In this document: positions 1 through 10,283 of the stretch, piece by piece
How positions within the stretch are numbered: position 1 is the first letter of the stretch
Layout: each line of letters opens with the position of its first letter
Source of the DNA: an uncultured Solirubrobacterales bacterium
Lineage (GTDB): Bacteria > Actinomycetota > Thermoleophilia > Solirubrobacterales > 70-9
NCBI GenBank assembly: GCA_963698625.1
Contig: CAVORK010000003.1
Location: 411,317-475,316, forward strand
Direction of reading: 5' to 3'
DNA: 64,000 bases
Notes under the pieces: model-generated
Told to the model about the DNA's origin: nothing
What the model saw: only the letters and a program-made list of their open reading frames with translations
Database searches by the model: none
Program-made: the position numbers and the translations under genes

Positions 1-711
1 GGGGTCTCCCCGATCGAAGGCGCCCGAGTCCTGGCGGTACTCGGCGACTCGATCACCACCGACCACATCTCGCCCGCCGGCGCGATCAAGAAGGACAGCC
101 CGGCCGGTGCCTGGCTGATCGAACAGGGCGTGGGCCCGGCCGAGTTCAACTCCTACGGCTCCCGTCGAGGCAACCACGAGGTAATGGTGCGCGGCACTTT
201 CGCGAACATCCGGCTGCGAAACCAGCTGGTGGAGCGCTCCGGCGGCTACACACTTCACTTCCCCGAAGGCGAAGAGACCAGCATCTACGAAGCCGCGATG
301 AGCTACGCCGCCGACGGAATCCCGCTGGTCGTGCTGGCCGGCAAGGAGTACGGGTCGGGCTCATCACGCGACTGGGCAGCCAAGGGGACCAAGCTGCTCG
401 GGGTTCGCGCCGTGATCGCCGAGAGCTACGAGCGCATCCACCGTTCAAACCTGATCGGCATGGGCGTGCTGCCACTTCAGTTCCCGGAAGGCGAGAGCGC
501 CGAGTCACTCGGCTTCAACGGCGAAGAGCTGTTCACCGTCGGCGACCTTCGGGACGGCCAGGCCAAGTCGGTGACCGTGACCGCCGAACGTGACGGGGCT
601 GAACCGGTCAGCTTCGAAGCGACCGTCCGGCTGGACACCCCGAACGAGGTCCGGTACTTCCTCAACGGTGGCATCCTCCAAACGGTCCTGCGCGACATCA
701 ACGCCCGCTGA
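1..711 (+). CDS. acnA: aconitate hydratase (aconitase A), C-terminal fragment; the gene starts upstream of the window
   Basis: Frame 1 is open from base 1 to the stop at 709-711. The translation (..[89 protein letters not shown]..) is the conserved C-terminal swivel domain of aconitase A. Confidence 0.9.
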   Translation, partial: GVSPIEGARVLAVLGDSITTDHISPAGAIKKDSPAGAWLIEQGVGPAEFNSYGSRRGNHEVMVRGTFANIRLRNQLVERSGGYTLHFPEGEETSIYEAAMSYAADGIPLVVLAGKEYGSGSSRDWAAKGTKLLGVRAVIAESYERIHRSNLIGMGVLPLQFPEGESAESLGFNGEELFTVGDLRDGQAKSVTVTAERDGAEPVSFEATVRLDTPNEVRYFLNGGILQTVLRDINAR

Positions 712-763
712 ATATCGCGCGAAACAAGCGGTTTCCGGGAGAACAGCCGGACGCCGGACGCTG

Positions 764-1876
764 ATGCCCGCCGCTGACGGACCGGGCAGGGGCGACTTCA
801 AGGAGCGCATTTCGAAGGATTCCGTGGTCGGGCTGGCCGCAGATCTTCGATCGGCGTGGCCCGCTTTTCCGGAGCAGGAGTTCATCCGGCAGGCGAGCGA
901 CGGCCTTGCCGATCTGGAAATGAAGGCCCGGGTCAGCCGGGTCGCTGAATCGCTGGGACAGGCCCTGCCTCCGGATTTCGACGAAGCGGCTGCGATCATC
1001 GACAGGGCGATCGAGCAGCCGACCTTCGACGGCTGGATCGTCTTTCCTGTCAACGACTGGGTTGCCCGCTACGGCATCGACCACCCGGAAACTGCTCTGC
1101 CACTGCTCGGCCGCCTGACCTCCCGCTGGACCGCCGAGTACGCGATCCGGCCCTTCATCGAGGCCGATCAGGCTCGCACCTTCGGGCAGTTCGACGGGTG
1201 GATCGGGAGCGATGACGAGCACCGCCGGAGGCTGGTCTCGGAGGGCTCCCGACCCCGACTGCCCTGGGCGTCGCATCTGCGCCGATTCATCGAGGATCCG
1301 ACACCGACGATCACGTTGCTCGACCGGCTTGTGGACGATCCGTCGGCCTACGTGCGCAAGTCGGTGGCCAACCATCTCAATGACATCAGCAAGGACCACC
1401 CGCAGATCGCGACAGCGACTGCCTCACGCTGGCTTGGGGAAGACCCGGAATCCGAGCGTCGGCGCTGGGTTGTCTCCCACGGTCTGAGAAGCCTGGTCAA
1501 AGCAGGCGATCCGGAGGCCCTGAAACTGCTCGGCTTCGACCCCGATGCCCCGGTGTCTCTCAGTGCGTTCGAAGTCACCCCACCGACGATCCGGATCGGA
1601 GAAGCGTTGACGATGCAGTTCGCGCTCACCGCAACTGAAAGGACCCCGGTGATGGTCGACTACGCCATCCACCATGCGGGAGCCACCGGCAGGCGCTCGG
1701 CGAAGGTGTTCAAGCTGAAGCGCACCGTCCTGGAGCCAGGCATCGAGACCGCTTTCCGTCGAGAACACAGAATCCGGGAGGTCTCCGTCCGCCGAATCCA
1801 CCCGGGTCCCCACCTGATGGAGATCCAGGTGAACGGAAAAGTCCTCGCCGAAGCGACCGTAGAAGTTCTCCCCTGA
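764..1876 (+). CDS. DNA alkylation repair protein, AlkC/AlkD-like HEAT-repeat family, with a beta-rich C-terminal extension
   Basis: ORF 590..1876. The first ATG after the acnA stop is at 764. The motifs ..RRLVSEGSRPRLPWA.. and ..YVRKSVANHLNDISKDHP.. are, from memory, characteristic of the DNA_alkylation (AlkC/AlkD) family. The last ~100 aa resemble the Ig-like tail described for AlkC. Confidence 0.65.
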   Translation: MPAADGPGRGDFKERISKDSVVGLAADLRSAWPAFPEQEFIRQASDGLADLEMKARVSRVAESLGQALPPDFDEAAAIIDRAIEQPTFDGWIVFPVNDWVARYGIDHPETALPLLGRLTSRWTAEYAIRPFIEADQARTFGQFDGWIGSDDEHRRRLVSEGSRPRLPWASHLRRFIEDPTPTITLLDRLVDDPSAYVRKSVANHLNDISKDHPQIATATASRWLGEDPESERRRWVVSHGLRSLVKAGDPEALKLLGFDPDAPVSLSAFEVTPPTIRIGEALTMQFALTATERTPVMVDYAIHHAGATGRRSAKVFKLKRTVLEPGIETAFRREHRIREVSVRRIHPGPHLMEIQVNGKVLAEATVEVLP

Positions 1877-1914
1877 AACCACGCAGCGAGACTGCTTCAA
1901 CAAAGGTGGCGGGC

Positions 1915-1950
1915 GAGGGTCGCGGGAGGCAGGGGGTCCGCGCGACCCTC
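1915..1950. terminator. perfect 10-bp inverted repeat between the convergent genes (possible bidirectional terminator, no U-tract)
   Basis: GAGGGTCGCG (1915-1924) and CGCGACCCTC (1941-1950) are exact reverse complements separated by a 16-nt loop. The repeat lies between the alkylation-repair gene stop (1876) and the kgd stop (2223). Confidence 0.3.
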
Positions 1951-2222
1951 ACCACGCCTGCGCGCCGGTAGCCAGGGAGGGATGCCGACGCGAGCGCTTC
2001 CGTGGACTCATCCAGCGGAAGCGGGCTTGGAAAGTATTTTGGGTATCTGACTGTGGAACCCCTGCGGGTACCCTGCAACTAGCGATTTTTCCCTTCTCCC
2101 TTTCCGTTCTCCCAGTCCTGCTCAACGGATTCCTGAGGATCTTATACACCCACATGCTCATCGCGTCAATAGCGCGCTGCGTCAACAAGTCTGATCAGAA
2201 AACCGCAGACGGCCCCAGGTGG

Positions 2223-5200
2223 TCAGACGGTGAGCGCCGTGAGCACGATCCGCTCCTGCTCGCGAACGTGTGCGACTGAATAGCCCTCGCTCGGGCTGGC
2301 CCGCTCCGGCCGTCCGATATAGCCAGGTACGACGCCGTCCGGGACGATCTCGGGCAGGCGCCGCGACATGACGCTCCAGGCGCCCATGTTCTTCGGTTCT
2401 TCCTGCACCCAGACGACTTCTTTGAGGTTGGGGTAGGACTCGATCAGGCTGGCAAGCTGGCCCCTGGGGAAGGGGTAGAGCAGCTCGACCCGGACGACAG
2501 CCACCTTCTCGGCGGCTTCGCGCCTCGCCGACCCGTCGAGGTCGTAGTAGACGCGGCCGGAGCACAGAACCAGACGCTCGACCGTTTCCCGGCGTTCGCC
2601 GGCGCGTGGGTCGTCGAGGATGAAGTGGAAGTGCTCGTCGGTCAGCTGCTCGAGCGTGGCCGCGGCCGCCGGCTGTCGCAACTGCCCCTTCGGCGTGAAG
2701 ACCACCATCGGGCGCGGTTTCTTGATCAGCGCCTGACGGCGCAGCAGGTGGAAGTACTGGGCTGCGGTAGACGGGTTGGCGATCCGCATGTTGCCTTCCG
2801 CTGCGAGTGACAGAAAGCGCTCGATGCGGGCGCTGGAGTGCTCCGGTCCGGCGCCTTCGTGTCCGTGCGGCAGCAGCAGGGTCATTCTTGAGGTGAGGCC
2901 CCACTTCGACTCACCCGAAGCGATGAAACTGTCGATGATCACCTGGCCGGAGTTGGCGAAATCGCCGAACTGGGCTTCCCAGAGGACCAGGGACTCGGGC
3001 TTTGACGAAGCGTAGCCGTACTCGAATCCGAGGCAGGCGTTCTCGGAAAGCGGGCTGTTGTGGAGTTCGAAAGGCGCTTTGGCGTCGTCGAGGTGCTGGA
3101 TCGGCGCGTACTTGAGGCCGGTCTTTTCGTCGTGCAGCACGAGGTGACGCTGGGAGAAGGTGCCGCGCTCGGTGTCCTGACCGGTCATCCTGATGTGAAC
3201 GCCGTCGGTCAGCAGGGATGCCAGGGCTAGAGATTCGGCGTGGGCGAACTCGATGCCGCCGTTTTCGAGTGCCTCTGTGCGGCGCCCGAGCGGTTTGCGC
3301 AGTTTGCGGTGGGTCGTAAACGATGCCGGCACTTCCAGCAGGGCCTCGTTCAGTTGCTTCAGGTGCTCCGCCTTGACCGCGGTCTGAACCGGAGGACTGG
3401 CCGAGCGGTCCATTTCCCCGGTGCCGACCTGGGTGACGGTCGGATCCTCGTAGACGCCCGTGTCCATCTTCTCCCGCAGCGCGTCAAGGGTTTGTTTCAG
3501 TTCGGTGCGAAGCTCCTCGGCACCGGCGTTGACGTCCTCGCGATCGACGACCCCCTGCTCGCTCAACTGCTCGGTGTAGAGCTCCGAAACCGGGCTGTGA
3601 TTCTTGATCGTCGCTGACATCAACGGCTGGGTGTAGGCCGGCTCGTCGGTCTCGTTGTGGCCGAAGCGGCGATACCCGACAACATCGATCACGATGTCGC
3701 GGTTCCACTTTTCGCGATAGGCAACCGCCAGACGCATCGCCTGAATGCAGGACTCGGGATCGTCGGCGTTGACGTGGATTATCGGAACGTTGAAGCCCTT
3801 GGCCATGTCGGCCGCATGCGGGGTCGATCGTCCCTCCATCGGGTCGGTGGTGAACCCGATCTGGTTGTTCTCGATGATGTGGATCGTGCCGCCGACCGAG
3901 TAGCCGTCGAGGCTCTGCATGTTGAAGGTTTCGGCAACCACTCCCTGACCCGGGAAAGCGGCATCGCCGTGCAGAACCAGAGGCACCGCCCGCTTGGTGT
4001 CCTGCTCGATCCTCGGCCCGTCGATCTCGCTCTGGGAGAACCGGGTCGCGCCGGTGATCACCGGGTCAACGAACTCCAGGTGGCTCGGATTGGGGTAAAG
4101 GTGGACGGCGATCGTCTCGCCCTCGTGGTCTTCGAACGAGCCCTCATGGCCGTAGTGGTACTTGACGTCGCCGGTACCACCGTGCGGGATCGCGGCGACC
4201 CGCTTGACGTCTTCGATCCGCTTGGAGCCTTCGAACTCGGCGAAGATCGATTCCGCCGGGCGGCCGACATTGTGGGTGAGCACGGCGAGCCGTCCCCGGT
4301 GAGCCATGCCGATCACGACTTCACGGGCGCCGCTGCGGCCGGAGAGCAGGCTCAGTTCGTCAATCATCGGCACGATCGAGTCAAGCCCTTCGATCGAGAA
4401 CATCTTCTGTCCGAGATAGGCCTTTTCGATGAAGCGCTCGAACTCGAAGACCTCGATCAGGCGGCCGAGCAGTCGCTTCTGCTCTTCGGCGTCGAGTGGC
4501 TTGCGGTGGGCACCGGTCTCGATCATCTCGCGCATCCAGACCCGCTGCTGATGGGAGGAAATGTGCTCGAACTGGTAGCCGATCGTGCCTGTGTAGGCGG
4601 TGCGCATCCGCGGCAGCGCTTCGAGCAGGGTCTCGCCCGGAACGCCGATCCGCAGGATCGAGGCCGGGATCTGCGACATCAGTTCCGGAGTGAGCGCGAC
4701 CGTTTCCGGATCGAGCGCCGGATCGCCCATCGAAGCCCGTCCAAGCGGGTCGAGGTCCGCCGCGAGATGGCCATGGGTACGGAAGGCCTTGAGCAGCGAG
4801 GTCGCCGCCTGAACCGCCTGGAGCAGTTCCGGATCGGGTGCGCCGGCGATCGCCGAAGGCTGTGCCGGAATGCCCGCGGCCAGTGGTGGTGCGAGTTCCG
4901 CCTTCGGGACCGACGCCGCCAGGACGGAAGGATCGAGCCCGAGGTCAGTGGCAACCGATTCATAGAACTCGTCGTTGCCGAACAGCAGGCCTTCAAGCGT
5001 CTTGAGGAAGTTGCCGGACTCGGCGCCCTGGATGATCCGGTGGTCGTAGGTCGAGGTCAGGGTCAGCACCTTCGACACACCAAGACTCTCGATCCGGGCC
5101 GGGTCGGCGTGGACCCACTCGGGCGGGTAGGCGATCGAACCGGCGGCGACGATGGTTCCCTGGCCGGCCATCAGGCGCGGCACCGAGGCGACCGTGCCGA

Positions 5201-6179
5201 TTCCGCCGGGGTTGGTCAGGGTGATGTTCGTGCCGGCGAAGTCATCCGGCGAGAGCCGGTTCTCGCGGGTCTTGGTGATCAGGTCTTCGTAGTAGGCATG
5301 GAAGGCGGCGAAGTCCATCTTGCCGGCGCCCTTCACGGCAGGCACCATCAGACTGCGTGAGCCGTCCTTGCGCTCGACGTCGACCGCGATGCCGAGGTTG
5401 ACCTCGCCGGAATCGACTGAGTAGAGCTTGCCGTCGCGCTCTTCGAAGTGGGTCGCCATCACCGGCCACTTGCGGGCGGCGAGCACGATCGCCCAGGCGA
5501 CGAGGTGAGTGAAAGAAACCTTCATGCCGCGCTCTGCCAGGGCGGCGTTCAGTCCCTTGCGCTTGGCGTCGAGGGTATCGACCGCGATCGTGCGGAAGGA
5601 AGTTGCGGTCGGGATCGAGCGGCTTTCGTCCATCGCCTTGGCCAGCATGCCGGCCGGACCGCGCAGCACCTTCTCGCTCGCGTCGGGCGAAGCGGCGCTG
5701 CCGTCAGAGGCGGCCAGCACGTCGGCCTTGGTCACCTTGCCGCCCGGCCCGGAGCCGGAGATCGAGTCCAGGGTCAGACCCTCTGCGGCCGCAACCCGGC
5801 GAGCGACCGGAGTCGCGCGGCCCTCGCCGACATCGACCGCGATGTCTTCCGCAACCGGGGCGGAATCGCTGCCGGCATCTGCTTTCGGAGCACCTTCGGC
5901 TGCGTCGCCGGAGGAACCTCCTTCAGTATCCGAAGGGTCCAGTTCGGCCAGTCCGGCACCGACCGCGACTTCATCGTCGGGTTCGGCCAGCAGTTTCGTG
6001 ATCCGCCCCGCCTTGGGAGACGGGACCTCGGCGTCGACCTTGTCGGTCGAGACCTCGACCAGGGTCTGGCCTTCCTCGACCACATCTCCGACCGCCACGT
6101 GCCACTCGAGCACGGTTCCCTCAGTGACCGATTCACCCATCTCCGGCATCGTGACTTCGATCATTGTTGGCTCGGCCAT
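2223..6179 (-). CDS. kgd: 2-oxoglutarate dehydrogenase E1 component fused to a complete E2 (lipoyl domain + E3-binding domain + succinyltransferase core); Kgd/OdhA-type multifunctional enzyme
   Basis: Uninterrupted 1318-aa ORF. It contains an N-terminal lipoyl domain (..VEVSTDKVDAEVPSP..), a peripheral-subunit-binding domain (..ATPVARRVAAAEGLTLDSISGSGPGGKVTKADV..), an E2 core (..STYDHRIIQGAESGNFL..), and then full-length E1o (..RTHGHLAADLDPLG.., ..GMAHRGRLAVL.., ..LHGDAAFPGQGVV.., ..LLLPHGHEGAGPEHSSAR..). Confidence 0.9.
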   Translation of the reverse strand: MAEPTMIEVTMPEMGESVTEGTVLEWHVAVGDVVEEGQTLVEVSTDKVDAEVPSPKAGRITKLLAEPDDEVAVGAGLAELDPSDTEGGSSGDAAEGAPKADAGSDSAPVAEDIAVDVGEGRATPVARRVAAAEGLTLDSISGSGPGGKVTKADVLAASDGSAASPDASEKVLRGPAGMLAKAMDESRSIPTATSFRTIAVDTLDAKRKGLNAALAERGMKVSFTHLVAWAIVLAARKWPVMATHFEERDGKLYSVDSGEVNLGIAVDVERKDGSRSLMVPAVKGAGKMDFAAFHAYYEDLITKTRENRLSPDDFAGTNITLTNPGGIGTVASVPRLMAGQGTIVAAGSIAYPPEWVHADPARIESLGVSKVLTLTSTYDHRIIQGAESGNFLKTLEGLLFGNDEFYESVATDLGLDPSVLAASVPKAELAPPLAAGIPAQPSAIAGAPDPELLQAVQAATSLLKAFRTHGHLAADLDPLGRASMGDPALDPETVALTPELMSQIPASILRIGVPGETLLEALPRMRTAYTGTIGYQFEHISSHQQRVWMREMIETGAHRKPLDAEEQKRLLGRLIEVFEFERFIEKAYLGQKMFSIEGLDSIVPMIDELSLLSGRSGAREVVIGMAHRGRLAVLTHNVGRPAESIFAEFEGSKRIEDVKRVAAIPHGGTGDVKYHYGHEGSFEDHEGETIAVHLYPNPSHLEFVDPVITGATRFSQSEIDGPRIEQDTKRAVPLVLHGDAAFPGQGVVAETFNMQSLDGYSVGGTIHIIENNQIGFTTDPMEGRSTPHAADMAKGFNVPIIHVNADDPESCIQAMRLAVAYREKWNRDIVIDVVGYRRFGHNETDEPAYTQPLMSATIKNHSPVSELYTEQLSEQGVVDREDVNAGAEELRTELKQTLDALREKMDTGVYEDPTVTQVGTGEMDRSASPPVQTAVKAEHLKQLNEALLEVPASFTTHRKLRKPLGRRTEALENGGIEFAHAESLALASLLTDGVHIRMTGQDTERGTFSQRHLVLHDEKTGLKYAPIQHLDDAKAPFELHNSPLSENACLGFEYGYASSKPESLVLWEAQFGDFANSGQVIIDSFIASGESKWGLTSRMTLLLPHGHEGAGPEHSSARIERFLSLAAEGNMRIANPSTAAQYFHLLRRQALIKKPRPMVVFTPKGQLRQPAAAATLEQLTDEHFHFILDDPRAGERRETVERLVLCSGRVYYDLDGSARREAAEKVAVVRVELLYPFPRGQLASLIESYPNLKEVVWVQEEPKNMGAWSVMSRRLPEIVPDGVVPGYIGRPERASPSEGYSVAHVREQERIVLTALTV

Positions 6180-6294
6180 TTCCGGTCAGTCTATGCAAAG
6201 TCCCGCCCTGGGCAAGGCCGACCCCCGGGGGGTGCAGGCTCGCCGCCGCGGCTGGCAATGTATGTTGCCCGGAAGCGAGTTCTGAGGAGGAGCT

Positions 6295-8292
6295 GTGGAG
6301 TACTTTGTAACCGGCGGGACCGGCTTTATCGGCCGTTATTTGATCGAACGACTGCTCAAGCGCGGGGGCACCGTGAACGTGCTCGTCCGCGAAGGCTCTC
6401 GCGGACGGCTCGAAGAGCTGATCGCCGGCTGGGGGGAAACCGACGGACGGGTGCAGCCCGTGGTCGGCGATCTGACCCAGCCCGGCTTCGGGATCGCCGA
6501 GGCCGACATCGAGCAGATGACCGGCAAGATCGACCATTTCTTCCACCTCGCCGCCGTCTATGACATGGAGGCCGACGGGGAGGCGATCCGCATCGCCAAC
6601 ATCGAAGGCACGATCCACGCGGTGGAGCTGGCCAACCGTATTGACGCCGGCTGCTTCCACCTGGCCAGCTCGATCGCCGCCGCCGGCCTGTTCAAGGGCA
6701 CCTGGCGCGAAGACATGTTCGAGGAGGCCGAGGATCTCGACCGCCACCCGTACTTCCGGACCAAGCACGAGTCCGAGCGCATCGCCCGCGACCAGCTCAC
6801 GGTTCCGCTGCGCGTCTACCGGCCCGGTGTCGTGGTCGGTGACTCCCGTACCGGCGAGATGGACAAGATCGACGGCCCGTACTACTTCTTCAAGGTGATT
6901 CAGCGCCTGCGCCGCACCCTGCCACCGTGGGTACCGGTGGTCGGCGTCGAGGGCAAGCAGATCAACGTGGTGCCGGTGGATTTCGTCGCCGACGCGATCG
7001 ACCACATCAGCCACGAACCCGATCTCGACGGCAAGGTTTTCCACCTGACCGACCCGAAACCGCTTCGCGCCGGCCAGATCATCAACCTGTTCGCGAAGTC
7101 GGCCCATGCGCCCGAAGCGTCGATGCGCCTGGATCCGGCAATGCTCGACATCGTGCCGCCCGCGGTGCGCGGCGGTCTGATGATGCTGCCTCCGGTCAAG
7201 CGCATTGCCGACACGGTGCTGAACGACCTCGGCATCCCGCGCGACGTGCTGGTTTACGTCAACTACCCGACCAAGTTCGACTGCACCAACACGCTTGAGG
7301 CACTTGAAGGCACGGGCATCGCGGTTCCGCCGCTCGCGACCTACTCGGACAAGCTGTGGGACTACTGGGAGCGCAACCTCGACCCCGACCTCTACAAAGA
7401 CCGCTCGCTCGGCGGTGCGATCGGTGGCAAGGTCGTGATGATCACAGGTGCCTCTTCAGGCATCGGCCAGGCCGCTGCGATGAGGGCCGGAGAAGCCGGA
7501 GCAACCGTCCTGCTGGTCGCGCGCTCCGCCGACAAGCTGGAGGAAACGAAGGTCGAGATCGAGGAGGCCGGCGGCACCGCCGCGATCTTCCCCTGCGACC
7601 TCTCCGACACCGAAGACGTGGAGCGCATGGGCAATGAGGTCCTGCTGGCCCACGGTCACGTCGACATCCTGGTCAACAACGCGGGCCGCTCGATCCGGCG
7701 CTCGGTCGGGCTCTCATACGACCGGTTCCACGACTACGAGCGCACCATGCAGCTCAACTACTTCGGTGCGCTGAAGCTGATCCTGACCCTGCTGCCGCGC
7801 ATGCGGGAGAGGAGAAGCGGTCACATCATCAACATCAGCTCGATCGGGGTCCAGACCAATACGCCGCGATTCTCGGCCTACGTCGCCTCCAAGGCGGCAT
7901 TGGACGCATTCAGCCGGACGATCGCCTCGGAGATCATCGACGACAAGGTTCATGTCACGACGATCCACATGCCGCTGGTCCGCACCCCGATGATCGCGCC
8001 GACCACCATGTACGACGCCTTCCCGACGATCAGTCCGGACCAGGCGGCCGAGATGATCACCGACGCGATGATCACCCGGCCGAAGAAGGTCGCGACCAGG
8101 CTCGGCAACTTCGGTGAGATGCTCTACGCGATCTCGCCCAAGGCCAGCGACGCGATCCTCAACACCGGCTACAAGCTTTTCCCCGAATCCAAGGCGGCCA
8201 AGGGCGAAAAGAAGGGCGAGGGCGAAGTCGAAGCTGCTCCGACGACCGAGGCCGTAGCCTTCGCGCACCTGCTCCGTGGGGTCCACTGGTAG
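6295..8292 (+). CDS. two-domain fatty acyl-CoA reductase (Acr1/FAR-like: extended-SDR reductase domain + classical SDR domain)
   Basis: 665-aa ORF with a GTG start at 6295, preceded by GAGGAGG (6284-6290). The N-terminus has VTGGTGFIGRYL (NAD-binding reductase). The C-terminus has VVMITGASSGIGQAAA plus ..SAYVASKAALDAF.. (classical SDR YxxxK). Layout and size resemble bacterial alcohol-forming acyl-CoA reductases (M. tuberculosis Rv3391, Marinobacter Maqu_2507), as I recall them. Confidence 0.7.
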   Translation: MEYFVTGGTGFIGRYLIERLLKRGGTVNVLVREGSRGRLEELIAGWGETDGRVQPVVGDLTQPGFGIAEADIEQMTGKIDHFFHLAAVYDMEADGEAIRIANIEGTIHAVELANRIDAGCFHLASSIAAAGLFKGTWREDMFEEAEDLDRHPYFRTKHESERIARDQLTVPLRVYRPGVVVGDSRTGEMDKIDGPYYFFKVIQRLRRTLPPWVPVVGVEGKQINVVPVDFVADAIDHISHEPDLDGKVFHLTDPKPLRAGQIINLFAKSAHAPEASMRLDPAMLDIVPPAVRGGLMMLPPVKRIADTVLNDLGIPRDVLVYVNYPTKFDCTNTLEALEGTGIAVPPLATYSDKLWDYWERNLDPDLYKDRSLGGAIGGKVVMITGASSGIGQAAAMRAGEAGATVLLVARSADKLEETKVEIEEAGGTAAIFPCDLSDTEDVERMGNEVLLAHGHVDILVNNAGRSIRRSVGLSYDRFHDYERTMQLNYFGALKLILTLLPRMRERRSGHIINISSIGVQTNTPRFSAYVASKAALDAFSRTIASEIIDDKVHVTTIHMPLVRTPMIAPTTMYDAFPTISPDQAAEMITDAMITRPKKVATRLGNFGEMLYAISPKASDAILNTGYKLFPESKAAKGEKKGEGEVEAAPTTEAVAFAHLLRGVHW

Positions 8293-8308
8293 CCGGAGGG
8301 CTATCACG

Positions 8309-9992
8309 ATGTCCCGCTCCAGGCGCAAACGGAAGCACTGGGGCTGGGGCTTCGAGGACCAGCAGCGCCCGCAGCATGAACTGGAAGAGGCCGCCGTCGG
8401 GATTCGCTCGATGCTCGGTTTCGGCGGCGAGCCGGTTCCCGCCCTGCCGCTCGAGCAGGTCGAGCTTTGCGAGCCGCGACTGACGCCCCCCGGGGGGAGC
8501 TCCGGGACCGAGCCTGATCAGGCGCTGTTCACGGCCGACCGGCATGAGCGCGCCGTTCACTCGCTCGGCAAGGCCTACCGGGACATCGTGCGTGGTCATC
8601 GGGGCGAGTTCACCTGCCCGCCAGACCTGGTCGCATTCCCCGAAGACGAAGCCGGAGTGCAGCAGGTCTTCGAACGCGCGGCGGAGTGGGGGGCGGCAGT
8701 CATCCCCTTCGGTGGCGGGACCAGCGTGGTCGGCGGCGTAGAGCCGAAGCTGAAGGACCAAGACCGCCCGGTGATCAGCCTCGACCTCACCCGGCTCGAC
8801 ACCGTTTTCGAACTTGACCGCGAATCCCTCGCCGCGCGAATCGGAGGGGGCATACTGGGTCCGGCCCTGGAGAACCGTCTCCGGGCCGAAGGCCTGACCC
8901 TCCGGCATTACCCGCAATCCTTCGAGTACTCGACCCTGGGCGGCTGGATCGCGACCCGGGCCGGTGGCCACTTCGCCACCGGCGAGACCCACATCGACGA
9001 CCTGGTCGAGTCGGTCCGGGCGATCACCCCGACCGGTGAGTGGCAGAGCAGGCGGCTGCCCGGCTCCGGCGCCGGTCCCTCGCCCGACCGCATGCTGATC
9101 GGCTCGGAGGGCATCCTCGGGGTAATTACTGAAGCCTGGATGCGTATCCGGCCGCGGCCCGTCTTCAAAGCGAGCGCGACGGTCGAGTTCCCGGACTTCG
9201 TTTCGGCCGCAACCGGCGCTGTGCGTGCGATCGCGCAGTCGCGACTGGGCCCGAGCAACTGCCGGCTGATCGACCCGCTCGAGGCGGTGACCATGGGGGC
9301 CGGCGACGGATCCGCCACGCTGCTGCTGCTCGGATTCGAGTCGGCGCACGTGCCGGTGGACGGGCTGCTCGACCAGGCGGTTTCGATCGCCCGCGAGCAC
9401 GGTGGCACGGTTGCCGCCCGCAAGGTCACAGAACCCGACGGCTCCGGCCGGTCCGGCTTCGACGGGGGAGACGGCTCCGGCGCCGACCTCTGGCGAAACG
9501 CGTTCCTGATGGCCCCCTACCTGCGGGACACCTTCGTCAGCTGCGGCGTCCTGTCGGAGACTTTCGAGAGCGCGGTCACCTGGGACCGCTTCGCCGAGTT
9601 CCATGGCGAGGTGAGCGACGCGACCCGCCGCGCGGTCGCCGAGGTCTGTGGCGCACCGGCCGAAGGCGAAGGCTCACCCCGGGTCAGCTGCCGGCTCACC
9701 CACGTCTACCCCGACGGGGCGGCACCGTATTTCACGGTGATAGCTCCGGCCATGCGCGGAGGCGAGGTCGAGCAGTGGGACGAAATCAAGGCCGCGGCTT
9801 CAGAGGCGATAATCCGACTGCGGCGGCACGATCACCCACCACCACGCGGTCGGCCGGGACCACCGGCCCTGGTACGACCGCCAGCGCCCCGACGCTTTCG
9901 CTGCTGCCCTCGAAGCGGCCAAAGCCCGTCTGGACCCGGCGGCGCTGCTGAATCCGGGCGTGCTGGTCGACCCGCGGCCCCTGCCCGGCTGA
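8309..9992 (+). CDS. agpS: FAD-linked oxidase, alkyldihydroxyacetonephosphate synthase family (AgpS-like); the frame is broken once near 9815-9820 in this sequence
   Basis: ATG at 8309, preceded by GGAGGG (8295-8300), 16 nt after the reductase stop. Family hallmarks are present: N-terminal ..KHWGWGFEDQ.., the FAD-binding ..VIPFGGGTSVVGG.., and ..RHYPQSFEYSTLGGWIATRAGGH... After ..EAIIR the conserved C-terminus continues in another frame (CGGTITHHHAVGRDHRPWYDRQRPDAF..LLNPGVLVDPRPLPG, stop 9990-9992). The ORF-track extension to 10153 is therefore a frameshift artefact. Confidence 0.75.
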
Positions 9993-10283
9993 GAGCCGCC
10001 CGGCCCGCGGGGTTCGCCCGACGTGTGCCCGCGGTTCGGGAGCGCTTATCGCGCGCGGCCGCCCGTGCGTGGCAACACTCCTGCTCAAGATCAACCCACG
10101 GTGAAGGCGCAGCAGGATCCTGGCCTGCGGCCCTGCGCCGGCCCGGCAATTGACGCCTGGACGGCAATATCGGGGTCATCGGCGCCTTCCCCGCTCCCGT
10201 AGCCTCCGGACTCGGTAGCCTGCTCCCGCTGCGACTTTCCGGCCCTGCCCGGTACCCGTGATGCCGCGGCACCCCCAGAACCC

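Noticed and set aside
3657-6563. Plus-strand ORFs 3657..5360 (567 aa), 5448..6563 (371 aa) and 5509..6285 overlapping kgd.
   Set aside because: They are antisense to an uninterrupted, strongly recognisable 1318-aa E2o-E1o gene. Their products are Arg/Gly/Ala/Asp-rich with no motifs. This is the typical spurious open frame of high-GC DNA.
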